From Amphiscolops sp. MND2022 (taxonomy: Eukaryota): 64,000 nt of DNA. Below the pieces are notes generated by a model. That model was not told the origin of the DNA, did no database searches, and worked only from the letters and a program-made list of their open reading frames with translations. Every line of letters starts with the position of its first letter. The first letter of the stretch is position 1. Positions 35,830-48,913 of this stretch are shown here, piece after piece. The stretch covers positions 42,160,001 to 42,224,000 of the forward strand of contig OZ076409.1 of NCBI GenBank assembly GCA_964187785.1, written 5' to 3'. The position numbers were made by a program, and so were the translations under genes.

Positions 35830-38160
35830 GAAAATTGAAATGAAGTTGAAGAACTCCATATCATTGTGAAAATTGTACACAAACAAACAAAAAGTAGGCT
35901 GATGGCGAACTAAAAATCACTGAAAAATTGTGAAGAAAAATCTCTATCAACGACGACATCACTGTTGAGGGCGCGATTAGCCAAAGCGTTAAGATTGCGA
36001 GCCGATATCAAATCTGTGGGAATGTTAAATGAGCAAGTGGTCATTTATAAGACTGTTGAATCTAAAATTACTTTTGAGAAAATGTTCAAGCCATATGAAT
36101 GGGATCCACATTTCATATATCCTGTTTTCAAGACGAGCTTACTCATACTCTCACTTATACACTAAAACGTAAAAAATTACAGCACAAACGTGAAGAAGTT
36201 TACAAAACTGTTACCTCTGATAATGTTGAAAACGAATGGATTCTGCACCAATGTGAGATCAATCGACCTCCATTTTGAGGAAATGGAAACATTGATAGAA
36301 TCTTTTGAGGTGAAAAAACCAGCTCTAGTTTGCCGCTCCGAAACGTGGATCGTTGAATCATCCGCTCACGACCTTAATGTCTTAGATAATTATTCACCGA
36401 TGAAGTTTAAACCAAGAAAACTAGAAATGAAGGTGTGGCAATATACGTTCATGAATCTCCCTTTTGAGAAAATAGAATTTGGCAGTGGAATTGATTTCAA
36501 TTACATTGCCATTAGTTGTACAAATTAAAAAAAATAATGTAGTTTGTTTATACAATTGCCCTTCTGTCAATAAAAAGTTATTCTTGGAGCACTTCGAAGT
36601 TCCTCTTGAAAGTTGTTGTCAGATGAGCAACTGTTTCCTTGTTGGTGACATGATTATCGATCTACTTGAAGCATCTGCGATTGGTAAAATGTATTTAAAC
36701 TCTTTGAAAGTGAATGGGTGTTATCAAGGTAAAAAAAAAGAACCTACGCGTGATACACCTACCTCGAAGTCTTTTCTTGATCACATAGTACATAATGATT
36801 GCCTGAAACAATCTTGAGTTTGGTGTCATCAAAACAAATATTACAGTCCATTATGCAACTTTTGTCCATCTGAAAATAACAAAATCTCAATTCATTCGTT
36901 TTCAACAAACCATGGCAACAAAGCCATTTCTTCGAACTCGGTATCATAAAAAAACACTTGAACTACTTAAGGCATTGTCTGGAACTGTTAATTGTAAAAC
37001 AGGACGTCGATAGGTTAACTGAAAGTCTGGCTGATGCACTCATGACAGCCGTCAACGTTTTCACTTTCGAAGAAAAAATAAAGCTTGCAAAATCAATTAA
37101 ATCTTACTTGGTTCGACAAAGATGTAAAGAAAAGCATAACGCGACGAAATTTCGTGTTTAACAGATTCAACCGACACCGCACTCCGTCTAACAAATTAAT
37201 GCACAAAAAAGAGAAATCGCGTCTGTGAACTGTTAGTTCATAATCGCGGACAATGAAAACAAATTGAACACAGATGATTTTGTCGTATCACACTTGTTCA
37301 ATGAGAAGTTCGTTTCGATAAACAAAACTTTAGCCGTTTCATTTCCCACTGTTCCATTTACTACTGAAATATTAGCTAATAATGAGCAGTCTCTTTTTTT
37401 CTATCCAATTGATTCCCTGGAAATCTGCAAAATTGTACGGAAACTTAAGAACCATAAAGCGGCCGGATTAGATGGGCTAACTGCTAAAATGTTAAAAGTT
37501 CGCCTTGTTGTGATCTGTGTATGCTACTAGACCTTAGAACAGCTTTTGATACAATAAAATATGAAATCTTCTTTATAAAACCAGAAAGCTATGGTGTGAG
37601 AAGTGTTTGCTGAGAATGGTTCAGGTCGTATCTCAATGATTGTACTAAATGCGTTGCTAATAATCATCAGTATTCCAACACCCTAGCGGTTGAGTGTGGT
37701 GTAGATAATTCAAGGATTTGGTAGGAGATATGGTAGTATTTCCCATTTTCACACTTTCATCTCGACAACTCAAAAAGTGCACAAGCTCAGTCTTTCCAAT
37801 ATGAAGGCTCAATTTATTTTTTGCCGTCCACGATGGTTTATGCTCAACTTAATGGTAAGTTGAATTTTGAAGTGGCGAAGTAGAATTTTTTGATCGAATA
37901 AACACACAGTTAGTATCATCTGCGTACACGAATGGTACAATATCATCAAAAGATCTTGGAAAATCATTGACTTATATTAGAAACAAAAGCGGTCGTGTAA
38001 TCGATCTTTGTGGTGGGCGTTCACCTGGATTAAATTCTGACCATCGAAGCCCATGTTCAAAAAGTACTTGCTAAAACGGCTAAACATGTATCAGTGGTAA
38101 TGCTGTTGAAACATTTTTGTTAAACTTTAATAGTGGTCAGATATTATAACATTTACATGA
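35830..38160 (+). pseudogene. Degraded LINE (ORF1 end, APE endonuclease, partial RT); copy 1 of a local duplication
   Basis: INDDITV.RARLAKAL (ORF1-like), NVRSIDLHF...SETW, GGVAIYVHE-like, FLVGDMIIDLL, EPTRDTPTSKSFLDHI, KLKNHKAAGLDG. Confidence 0.85.
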
Positions 38161-38165
38161 AATTT

Positions 38166-40090
38166 TTCCCACGTTGACACGGTCGATTTGCTTGACGTAT
38201 CCACAGTGTGTAAGCATGATAACACTTACCAAGTTTGAAAGGCCCAATTTCGACGTTCATGAGATCCAAAGTGGTCTACCAAATGACCTGTAGATGTCAG
38301 TCTACCTATGTCGGCCAAACTATCCGACACTTGACCACGATGATCACGGAACATGAAGAGGGAATCAACCATAATATAAACTGCTCACGTTGGAGGCTCT
38401 TTATATTACAAAACTGAAACCGAAGGTGAACGCACGCGAGGAGTACAGACAGAGGGAGCTATCTCTCAGAATCTACTCCTGGGGATCCAGGCTTTTGTAT
38501 CACGGTGCTTTTTAGCCCTAAATTTGTTTATTTTAACTGCTTCTCGGATGTCTATTTTTCTCATTTTTATACATTTTGGTTTCTTTCAGTTCTGATGATT
38601 AGTGTAAACTCGAAAACGTTCAACTGACTTTGTTTTCTATTCCATGATAACATTCGTAGAAACCATTTCGAGATGCACCAGGATAAATACTCGGCTGATA
38701 TTGGTAAGCGCATGGCAAGGGGCTTATAATAGATCAGTTGTGTAGCCTATGCTTTCACTAAGGGGTACTTTGGGGGACATGTTTTTGATAACAAGACTCG
38801 GTGCAATTACATCCTTTTCGAGTTAGGACGTTTGAATTGTTTCCAGGACTTCTCTTCTGTGTTGATATTCGCCTCATGCAGTTTTTAAATCTCAGCGGGG
38901 GAAACGGACAATGTGCTGAACTTTTGCTAAGCCATACACTCTAGTAGTAGTAGAAGACTTAATTATGTATGTCTACATAAACAAGTTGATGAAAGGGATT
39001 AATCTGAGATCCTACTGGACTACATGAAGTTTCTACATGAAGCTTCTGAAATCAATCCTCTTTTTCAAGGATCTAATAATCATTTGCAATATTTGGCCTC
39101 CTCTCTAACAATCAGGACAGACAATAGGGATGTTAGTTCAACAATTGAAAAAACAATCATTACAATAAAAAACTAACAATTATCAATTAATATCAATACC
39201 CCTCCCCAAGCATTGATTGCTAAATTTCCAAATTTTGCCAAAATTTTAGATGACCACGTCGAAAAGCAGACACTTTTTAGAAGGTGCAGAACGCGGACGG
39301 AAAAGAACAAGAGCGCTGTCAGTATGGTGAAACATTGAAATGACAGTAGGAATCTGGGATAGATCTCCGAATGCTTATCTTGCAACATCAGGACGCTGCC
39401 AAGTAATTGCAAGAAGAAAAATGCGATCTATTGCAAGCAATACTTTTAGATGCAACGTTGGGTTTTGTGACGAAGAAGGTTTAAGTTGTAAACTCTTGGC
39501 TGGAGTAGGTTTGTAAATACCTCATACCTTTCGTGATATTCAATCTACCCAGTTCCAGAAGTTAAACAAATTACCGGAACTCGCTCACAAAGTATCTGAA
39601 CCTCGTAACATTGGAAGTTGAGAGAAAATGAAGAAACACTCCTGGACGCTTCTGAAAGACGTTGTTTTTGTGTGACCCGAGGTTCCAGTACGACACATGT
39701 TGAATCTATGTTGTTAGATTGTTGTGATGAAGCCAAATTGTTGTGATAAACCTAATAAATAGTTTCGGAGAAACATGCCTTCTACTAGAATTGCAACATC
39801 CAGTCAAGATGAAGGTGAAGTCTCGTCAAACCTGATTGATTGCACAAGAAAAGGACAGAACGGAAAGTGCAGTGTGACGTGGATCCCTACCTGGCTCTCA
39901 AAAAAATACCCAAAACATTCAGGAATCGTCCTTTTTTGTGTGGCTTCTGAGGTTTCGGAGCTTCGTGAGAAGCAGTCCAAAGATCCCGAGCAATCCCAAA
40001 TTTTTGATGAACTTTCCAGCATATTCTACGCTGATTCTAACGAGCCGTATGGAAAGCGAGATAATCTCAGAGAATTTGGAGTGAAAAAAG
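38166..40090 (-). mobile_element. PLE family 1, copy C (carries the PLE2 insert at 38227-38642; lacks the CRE and 260-bp inserts)
   Basis: Colinear with 32275-33075 + 34690-35099 + 35360-35480, followed by the block matching 30722-31320. Confidence 0.82.
38587..38626 (+). ncRNA. Second hammerhead ribozyme copy with a stem II mismatch
   Basis: cagtt-CTGATGA-T-tagt(gtaa)actc-GAAA-acgt-TC-aactg; G>T change at the stem II closing pair. Confidence 0.7.
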
Positions 40091-40133
40091 CCGACGAGGA
40101 TGTCTACTAAAACTTTGTTGATGTTGCTATGAA

Positions 40134-40477
40134 GGGGCAGCGACATTTCGTCACCAGCTTTTTGGGCGACAAAAATTTCTGCCCATTTCGGCGACAAAAA
40201 TGTCGCCCAAATGTCCCGTCAAATATGTTCACATACCCCTAGTGCCCTAAACGCAGGAACGAAGTGAAGCGGAGCGACGTGCCATATGGCCATGCCTCAA
40301 TGTTGCTACTTGGCGAAGGAAGCGAAGCGACCGAGCCATACAACAAATAAGCTAACCTCTTTAATTATATCAGTTAATTGATCAACTTGATCAACCCATT
40401 TGGTCGACACTTTTGTCGCCCATGTGACCGACTAAATATTGTCGCCCAAAGGGCTGGTGACGAAATGCCCCTGACCC
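40134..40477. mobile_element. MITE with ~38-bp TIRs and a perfect 8-bp TSD (Merlin/MULE/hAT-type length); carries the gcgaagcg cassette
   Basis: TIRs ggggcagcgacatttcgtcaccagc..tgggcgacaa / ttgtcgcccaaagggctggtgacgaaatgcccctgaccc; TSD gctatgaa at 40126-40133 and 40478-40485. Confidence 0.8.
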
Positions 40478-40539
40478 GCTATGAAAGCGGGACACCAAAT
40501 ATCAAAAATAGACATCAACATATGTCACTGGGTACCTAG

Positions 40540-43320
40540 CAGAAACATGAAATGAAGATGAAGAACTCCATATCATTGTGAAAATTGTACGCAGACAAAC
40601 AAAAGGTAGGCTGATGGCGAACTAAAAATCACTGAAAAATTGTGAAGAAAAAATCTCTATCAACGACGACATCACTGTTGAGGGCGCGATTGGCCAAAGC
40701 AATAAGATTGCGAGCCGATATCAAATCTGTGGGAATGTTAAATGAGCAAGTGGTCATTTATAAAACTGTTGAATTTAAAATTACTTTTGCGAAACTGTTC
40801 AAGCCGTATGAATGGGATCCACATTTCATATATCCTGATTTCAAGACGAGCTTACATTTTTGATAAGGGCCCTCTCACTTATACACTAAAACGTAAAAAA
40901 TTACAGCACAAACGTGAAGAAATTTACAAAACTGTTACCTCTGATAATGTTGAAAACGAATGGATTCTGCACCAATGTGAGATCAATCGACCTCCATTTT
41001 GAGGAATAGGTAACATTGATAGAATCTTTTGAGGTGAACAAACCAGCTCTAGTTTGCCGCTCCGAAACGTGGATGGTTGAATCATCCGCTCACGACCTTA
41101 ATGTCTTAGATAATTATTCACCGATGAAGTTTAAACCGAGAAAACTATAAATGAAGGAGTGGCAATATACGTTCATGAATCTCCCTTTTGAGAAAATAGA
41201 ATTTGGCACTGGAATTGATTTCAATTACATTGCAATTAGTTGTACAAATTAAAAAAAATAATGTAGTTTGTTTATACAATTGCCCTTCTGTCAATAAAAA
41301 GTTATTCTTGGAGCACTTCGAAGTTCCTCTTGAAAGTTGTTGTCAGATGAGCAACTGTTTCCTTGTTGGTGACATGATTATCGATCTACTTGAAGCATCT
41401 GCGATTGGTAAAATGTATTTAAACTCTTTGAAAGTGAATGGGTGTTATCAAGGTAAAAAAAAAAGAACCTACGCGTGATACACCTACCTCGAAGTCTTTT
41501 CTTGATCACATAGTACATAATGATTGCCTGAAACAATCTTGAGTTTGGTGTCATCAAAACAAATATTACAGTCCATTATGCAACTTTTGTCCATCTGAAA
41601 ATAACAAAATCTCAATTCATTCGTTTTCAACAAACCATGGCAACAAAGCCATTTCTTCGAACTCGGTATCATAAAAAAACACTTGAACTACTTAAGGCAT
41701 TGTCTGGAACTGTTAATTGTAAAACAGGACGTCGATAGGTTAACTGAAAGTCTGGCTGATGCACTCATGACAGCCGTCAACGTTTTCACTTTCGAAGAAA
41801 AAATAAAGCTTGCAAAATCAATTAAATCTTACTTGGTTCGACAAAGATGTAAAGAAAAGCATAACGCGACGAAATTTCGTGTTTAACAGATTCAACCGAC
41901 ACCGCACTCCGTCTAACAAATTAATGCACAAAAAAGAGAAATCGCGTCTGTGAACTGTTAGTTCATAATCGCGGACAATGAAAACAAATTGAACACAGAT
42001 GATTTTGTCGTATCACACTTGTTCAATGAGAAGTTCGTTTCAATAAGCAAAACTTTAGCCGTTTCATTTCCCACTGTTCCATTTACTACTGAAATATTAG
42101 CTAATAATGAGCAGTCTCTCTTTTTTCTATCCACCTGATTCCCTGGAAATCTGCAAAATTGTACGGAAACTTAAGAACAATGAAGCGGCCGGATTAGATG
42201 GGCTAACTGCTAAAATGTTAAAAGTTTGCCTTGTTGTGATCTGTGTATGCTACTAGACCTAAGAACAGCTTTTGATACAATAAAATATGAAATCTTCTTT
42301 ATAAAACCAGAAAGCTATGGTGTGAGAAGTGTTTGCTGAGAATGGTTCAGGTCGTATCTCAATGATTGTACTAAATGCGTTGCTAATAATCATCAGTATT
42401 CAAACACCCTAGCGGTTGAGTGTGGTGTAGATAATTCAAGGATTTGGTAGGAGATATGGTAGTATTTCCCATTTTCACACTTTCATCTCGACAACTCAAA
42501 AAGTGCACAAGCTCAGTAGTTCCAATATGAAGGCTCAATTTATTTTTTGCCGTCCACGATGGTTTATGCTCAACTTAATCTTGAAGTGGCGAAGTAGAAT
42601 TTTTTGATCGAATAAACACACAGTTAATATCATCTGCGTACACGAATGGTACAATATCATCTTGAATGATACAAGATCTTGGAAAATCATTGACTTATAT
42701 TAGAAACAATAGCGGTCGTGTAATCGATCTTCGTGGTGGGCGTTCACCTGGATTAAATTCTGACCATCGAAGCCCATGTTCAAATAGTACTTGCTAAAAC
42801 AGCTAAACATGTATCAGTGGTAATGCTGTTGAGACAATTTTGTAAAACTTTAATAGTGGTCAGATATTATAACATTTACATGAAACCTATCATTCAATAC
42901 GGGGTCTTCTAGTATACGGTTGCACGAGGAAAAGTAATATGAAGGGCATACTTCTACAGCAAAAGAAAGTACCGCGTTACCTTTTTCAAAAGCCGAAGAT
43001 ATCCGTCCGATGAGCTGTTCGAACGAAACCGTAAAACGAGTATTTATGATCTCTATGTTAGTGAACTTTTGAAATGTGCGGTTCTTTCAACGAGTGGCAA
43101 AATTGATAAAATGTAGAAAGTCTTTTCACCCATAAGAGCTCATCGATTTTCACACGAAGTGTTAGAACGAATATGTTTCATGTAACGCAGCAATGTTTGG
43201 AAGTTCATCGTTTGTGTCTGGAGTATCGCGGAACGTTACCACTGAATCAACTTCAGAGTAAAACACATTTGCCCCCTGATTACGAGATATGCGAAAGTCG
43301 AGAGCATTTGGTGTGATGGC
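40540..43320 (+). pseudogene. Degraded LINE, copy 2 of the duplication, extending further 3' than copy 1
   Basis: Near-identical to 35830-38160 up to ~42890, then continues with YMKPIIQYG-type C-terminal RT sequence. Confidence 0.85.
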
Positions 43321-43500
43321 CTGTGTAAGGAGGGTCTTCCCTCGTCTCAGTACTTCTACTTTGGAGGGTCCCCTTTGGTGTGGATAATTACCAATGGAAA
43401 AAAATCCATTAACTGTGTATATAAATATTTGTATATATTATACTACATTGTATCATATATATACTACACCAAAGTGGATTACCTTCTTTTCTTCTCTTCT

Positions 43501-43532
43501 CTTCTTCTTCTTCTTCTTCTTCTTCTTCTTCT
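43501..43532 (+). repeat. (CTT)10 microsatellite
   Basis: Direct reading of the sequence. Confidence 0.95.
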
Positions 43533-43789
43533 CTGGATATCGAATTTACACCCTGTTCGGACAATCATTTCAGCCGCGATACCCACGTTGTTTAATATCT
43601 GATGACACTTACGGAAAATGCCTATCGAATGGCAGTTAGGAGTAAATGCAGAGTTTGTTCCTCGTAGAACTATGTATAGAATCCACCTCAATCCTTGGGT
43701 ATTTACTGCAAGCTCACACTTTATGATGAGAATCAATACTATAGAAAAGTGATTCAATATTCTCACTGTAACAATCTACTGTTAATTAC

Positions 43790-45180
43790 CAAGACAAGGC
43801 AAAAAAATTTACCAATTTTCCAGATTGTTTCAATCCGAACCTTACTACCGATACACTGCCAAAGCTAATATTGTAATCACATTCGATTTGAGCGAAACAT
43901 TGATTGTTACTCATCTGCATGACATCAAAGCAAACAAGGCGCCATGACATGACAATGTTCCTCCACTCTTGGTAGAGTCTTTGAGTTAAAAATTATGTCA
44001 TTCGGTGAATGTCATCTTTCATAAAGTCAGAAAAACGGGCTTTTCCCCCCAGCGTGGAAGTGTGCAATAGTAACTCCTGTGCGTATGAAGGAACTAAAGA
44101 ATGAAGAGAATAAATTTATATACACATATATACTTTTGTTCTGATCAACGACCACCCAGACAGTTGCGTATTCATCACGTGTTACCTCAGCGCTGTAAAT
44201 GCGATAATTGTTTACATTGGCGATAGTCCTCTTCGCTTATTTAACAATATCTAGACAACCTCGCCTTGTGTTGATACGAGAATTTTATGTGTCTGAATGC
44301 TAAAAAATGCGACCACCAAACTTTCGCGAAGTCTTCTAGATTCTCCATTTCGAACGAATCCATGATAGTTGTACCCCATCAGAGATCTGGGAAACTTAAT
44401 TCAAGACTCGTTGAAGTGGAGCAGTCACATCGCTCAGGAATGCCATAAATCAATGACCGTTATTATGATACTGAAACGCAAATTGCGGTCAACAACAATG
44501 GATTCTTGCGAGAATCAGTACGAAACTAAGATTCTGTATACATTGACTTATGGATCTCCGTGTTGGCCCCCAATGTAGAATCTTTAAAACGACTTAATAG
44601 AGTTCAAAAGTATGCGACAATTTTGATGGTGTGATCAAACTATCACAAAGTCAGTGTATTTTACCAGAGACCAACTTTTTCCCCCTTTTTGTACTTGCAT
44701 TTGAATGATTTAGTGGTACTTTCGCGTTTAATCCGAGGCTACTATATTGTTGAGTCTAGAAGATTTGTCGAAATTGACTCTCGCAACAGACAACTGGTAT
44801 TCCCAGTACACCCATTTCGTTACCCCAATCATCACGAAAATTATCGTGAAAACAAATTCTGGGTGCGTTGTTTCAAGTTAGTTAGTAGACTGCCAACAAC
44901 CTCCAAGTTCTCCCAAGAAGATGATTTGAAACGAAAGTTGCTGCGGGTCTTCTGGGCGTACTTTAGAAGTTATAACAACGTGGACCAGTCACAAAAATGG
45001 AGATTTTGAGACACGTCGCAATTGTTAGTAATTGTCAGTATCACGTGTCGTGTGCTCATTGCACAGATACTGCGATTCAGGTTGGATGAATGGTCGAACA
45101 TTGGTTTTGGTAGTGTGAGTTGTATTGTGTTGTATACGTAGTCAACCTCAACTATCTGTTAGTCCATTTTAATAATAAAA
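43790..45180 (+). pseudogene. Degraded, internally deleted CR1-like LINE RT/3' end
   Basis: DIKANKAP*HDNVPP, AWKCAIVTPV, IRDLGNLIQDSLKWSSHI, LTYGSPCWPP, LHLNDLVVLSRLIRG. Confidence 0.8.
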
Positions 45181-45229
45181 ACCAAAACGATAATAATATA
45201 AAGTGATAATCCTCTTCATCGGATTCTTC

Positions 45230-45760
45230 GTTTGAAGCTATCGTTACATCTTCATTGATTCATTCTGGAAAAAGGTTTTGCAGGATGTTTTAGGTCTTTC
45301 ATGTTTGAAGCTCTGAGAGGAAAATCTCTTGATCTCTTTTAGAATTACTTAAGGATTATTGTCCATCTCCTCTCCCCTCTTTTCTTTCCTGTCACTGTTT
45401 TTCAGTTCCATTATTTTGGTCCAAGCTCGAATTTCGTTACTAATTCGGGTGGGTTCGGTCAATTGATTTTCTCAGTTGTACTTACCTAAAGTTTCTTGAA
45501 CCACATTATTAATATTAGTTAAAGTTCCTTTACTTGTGTTAGGCGTTTCGACATGAGTTACTTCTACTTCTCTGTCTGGAGACGGGGTCTCAAGTCTTCT
45601 GGACCTTCAGTTCCTCCTGTTTCCCATCTCAGTCAAGTGAAAATTCATTTTGTTTGTTTGGGAAGAATTTGAATCATTAAGGTAGACAATCGTCCAACTG
45701 AGCAAGGAATTTATCAAAGGTTGAAAGAAAATTGCGTTTACAGTATCTCAAATGAAAACA
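45230..45760 (-). pseudogene. Possible gypsy-type gag N-terminal remnant
   Basis: Broken coiled-coil-like frame (NQLTEPTRISNEIRAWTKIMELKNSDRKEKRGEEMDN) downstream of an LTR-like block and a tgg-starting PBS-like site (~45829). Family assignment is inference. Confidence 0.4.
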
Positions 45761-45829
45761 AAGCAACTGTTTCCAAGGAAGGTTCTTTTTGAATGATCGT
45801 TTAACTGACTGCTCCAAAAACTAAAACCA

Positions 45830-46218
45830 TGACACTCCTTTTCGCAGGAGCATACAGGGAATCTTCAAAAATAGCATTTCGTCAAAAACGTCATTCTAGT
45901 TATGTCCCCAAGGTATTTCCATATATAGTACTACTAGTGGCCCTAGAAAGACCCTAGAAACTACAAATAGTATCGTACAACTGATACGTAAAGTATGTTT
46001 TACATTACTTGTATAATCACAATACAGCACAATCATTCCTGCTGTGAAAGCATAGTGACGAGTATGCGTCATTCCTTGAACCGCAGGGTGCTGCATAGTA
46101 GCAAGACGTATAATGACGAGTAGTCGTCACGCATCAAAACGTAGGATGCTGCATAGTGATTCCATTAAAGACGTATAATGACGAGTATGCGGTATTGCTA
46201 AAACCGCATATTCTCACA
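45830..46218 (-). repeat. LTR-like block (TGTGAGAAT...TGTCA) with internal short repeats
   Basis: TG...CA termini on the - strand, followed directly by tgg; internal gcatagtga / gacgagtatgcg repeats resemble 48330-48542 and 51860-52090. Confidence 0.45.
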
Positions 46219-46459
46219 TAATGTTTAGCACAAATGGTTGTTAATCAAAATTGGACTTGAAGAAAGTCATTGCTACGTAACATATTAATCATTGGCGTGA
46301 TTTTCACTCAATAGAACTATGAATTGGGTTACCTAGGGTTTCAACTGCCGTCGCAAATTAAACTTTTTTAAGTCAATTGTACGAAAAGTTTACATGACGA
46401 TTTAAAGAAAACATAAAACAAACAAAGTTTAGGTGTGATAGTTTCGGTTTGTGGTTATG

Positions 46460-47610
46460 GCTGATCTGTTTGTCTTTAACTTTTCATGCACCACGGGTCC
46501 CACGCAACTCCTGGGTTGCGACAGTCCTGCGTTCTTGAAGGCAAACAGGGCTGCCTCGAACCCGCCATTGAAGGCCCGGAACGCACGTTCCGGTACCTAT
46601 CAGTCTCTGCATCATAGCTAGAAGATACTCCCCTAAGATTTCCAATTTGGTCGTATGTTCTGCCGCACCAGTCGCAAAACCCGGCAATGTTGGGCATTAC
46701 GGTGGGCGACAATATATATGAGTTTCTCTCACCCGCTGGTAGTAAGAGTATGTTTGTTCTATGGGTAGCTCGCACTGTAAACCTTTGCTGAATCGGCTGT
46801 GGAATTGGATGACCGCCTTGAACAGTCACAAAGTTTGGCACGATCGGTGGAATTTGGCTCACAAGTGGGACTGGGTGGGTTGGATGGGTTACATTGATAG
46901 GTTTCATATCAGAATAGTTCGATTGTCGATTCGTTTTGGGAATGATTATATCCATTGTTATGGTCCCTCACCCGTATCCCCTGCATGTTGTTCCCTATGA
47001 CTTTAAAGTCGATTGTTGTCGAAGAGAAACCAGGTGGGTAAGTGGGTACCGGACAAGTAGTTAACCCTCTACCCCTTCTTCTTCCTCTAGAGGTTGGTAA
47101 TATCGCTGCAGAGGGTCTACCGAAACTTCTAAATGTAAAATTAGTTGCATATTCTGGTCGTCCGGTGCCTCTGGTGATTCGTCAAACTTAGTATCGAGAA
47201 ACGATGGTGGTGAGGCTCTGATGTTCTTCTACTAGATCCATTAGTTGTCTCTCGATCTGAGACTTATTCGTGACGATGATGTCTTTGGATTGGTGAGAAA
47301 GCTAATGGGGAAAAGTGTTGCCGCAGCTGCGTTCATGAAGGCAGACATGGCGTCAGTATTAGGGCCCCTGACAGGAAATCTCTCATCTAAGGTTTGCGTG
47401 TCTCCCGGCTCTACCATAAACTCTTCACAAGACTCACTCGACACGTCGATTATTGATGGTGATGACCTGATGTTGCGGAACATCTCGTCAAGGTCGAACT
47501 CCATATTGCTCCATGTTTCAGATTAGGTTGTGCTTATTCGCGAATGATTCTGCTATGAATGTTTCACAACGTCGTTTGTAACAACAAGAGAAACTGATTT
47601 CTGGTTGAAT
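46460..47610 (-). pseudogene. Two frameshifted orphan ORFs (acidic/Pro-rich ORF ~47610-47050; Pro-rich ORF with CDWC motif 46955-46460)
   Basis: MWSLIQPEISFSCCYKRRCETFIAESF...EFDLDEMFRNI; MDIIIPKTNRQ...AGFCDWCGRTYDQI(x)LEILGEYL. TATA-like tataagg at ~47712. No recognisable family. Confidence 0.45.
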
Positions 47611-48329
47611 TAGAGACCACATGGCGATGAGTTTTCCTTCTCTTTTTGGTTTTAATTAAAACTCGCGGAAAAATTGTGTGTCAAAATTTTGACTTCCTCC
47701 TCATCTCCCTTATAAGGGTTTTACGGAAACTCATGTCACGGGTTTTGTCCACAATGAGTTATAAATGACTTCCATAAAAGGTACTTTGATTTAAACTTCA
47801 ACTGATTTTCCTTTATCATCGTATTTCACAGCATTTCACCGAAATCCAAATGCTACGTAAACAAAGTTAATCTATCCTTAAAGTAACTAAACAGAATGCT
47901 TTTCATAGAGATATTCATTGAATAATCAACACTGTAATAATTTTGTTCACTCGTACATGACTAGGTTTAGAAAAGGGTGAAGAATATTGGAAAAAGTGTT
48001 TTAATGTAATATTTTGACACTTCTAGACCAACTACTATTATCTAGGAAAAACATAAAATCTCCTTAGTCCTGCAATTCGAAAGTGCAAGAGGATCAAAAA
48101 TCATTGACTAAGTTTCAGTTATGACGGTAATTTCATACAAAATGTTTTCAAAATGTATCATCAATCTAACATTTCTTGAACATATTAAGTTGAAAAGAGC
48201 GATAATGTTGTATGTAATACACCAGTAATATCACACGTGTTCTGTGATAAAGGGTGCGTAGTTGCTTTGCTGTTCTACGTCATATTGTTTCATTCATTCA
48301 TTTCCAGTCACTGACAGTATTAATCCATC

Positions 48330-48542
48330 TCCTTGGCTGCGTATAGTGAAAACCGCAGGATGCCGAGTATGCGCCACTTATCGATCCCCATACTGCCGCA
48401 TACTCTTTGTTGTAAATCTGCATACTGCCGCATACTCGTTGCTAGTCGATTCGCATACTCTTTGTTGTATGTAAATCCGCATACTGCCAATTCCCTTTGT
48501 TGTAAATCCGCATACTGCCGCATACAGTTGCGTATTACCACA
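48330..48542 (-). repeat. LTR-like start (TGTGGTAATACG) with tandem catactgccgcatac repeats
   Basis: Several imperfect copies of gcatactgccgcatac / ctttgttgtaaatc; no clear polypurine tract in front. Confidence 0.45.
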
Positions 48543-48609
48543 TTTCAATTGCATCAGTTCTAAAATTTAGAATGAGTCAATCAACCACGCTGGTAGACGT
48601 AAGTGACAT

Positions 48610-48635
48610 TTAATTGGCCAATCAGAATCAATCAT
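48610..48635 (+). promoter_or_regulatory. CCAAT-box cluster upstream of the 48914 gene
   Basis: attggccaatcagaatcaatca: inverted plus direct CCAAT (NF-Y-like) about 290 bp before the ATG. Function is inferred. Confidence 0.35.
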
Positions 48636-48913
48636 TTTCTTTGCCAATTTGCGCAAAATTGTTTCTTTTGCTTTTTGCCTTTTTTACGCCACGCCTTGTC
48701 TATCCACAGTTTTATTGCTTCAGTACAAAATCAAATCAGTAATTCAAGTAGAGTATCGCAGTCTTTACAAGTTGAATTTTCATCATAGCGTCCTCTCATA
48801 AACCCTACTTTCTTTTCATATAACATTTGTTACATTTCGTTTCTTTGTTTTAATTTCCATTTGCTTATCTCAGTTATATACAAGTTCCTTGCTGTTTTTA
48901 TTCTCGTATCGAA

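Noticed and set aside
43599-43620. CTGATGA...GAAA as another hammerhead
   Set aside because: No stem II or stem I pairing can be formed.
43375-43766. ORFs with poly-Leu, poly-Phe or poly-Arg tracts
   Set aside because: Artefacts of the (CTT)n microsatellite.
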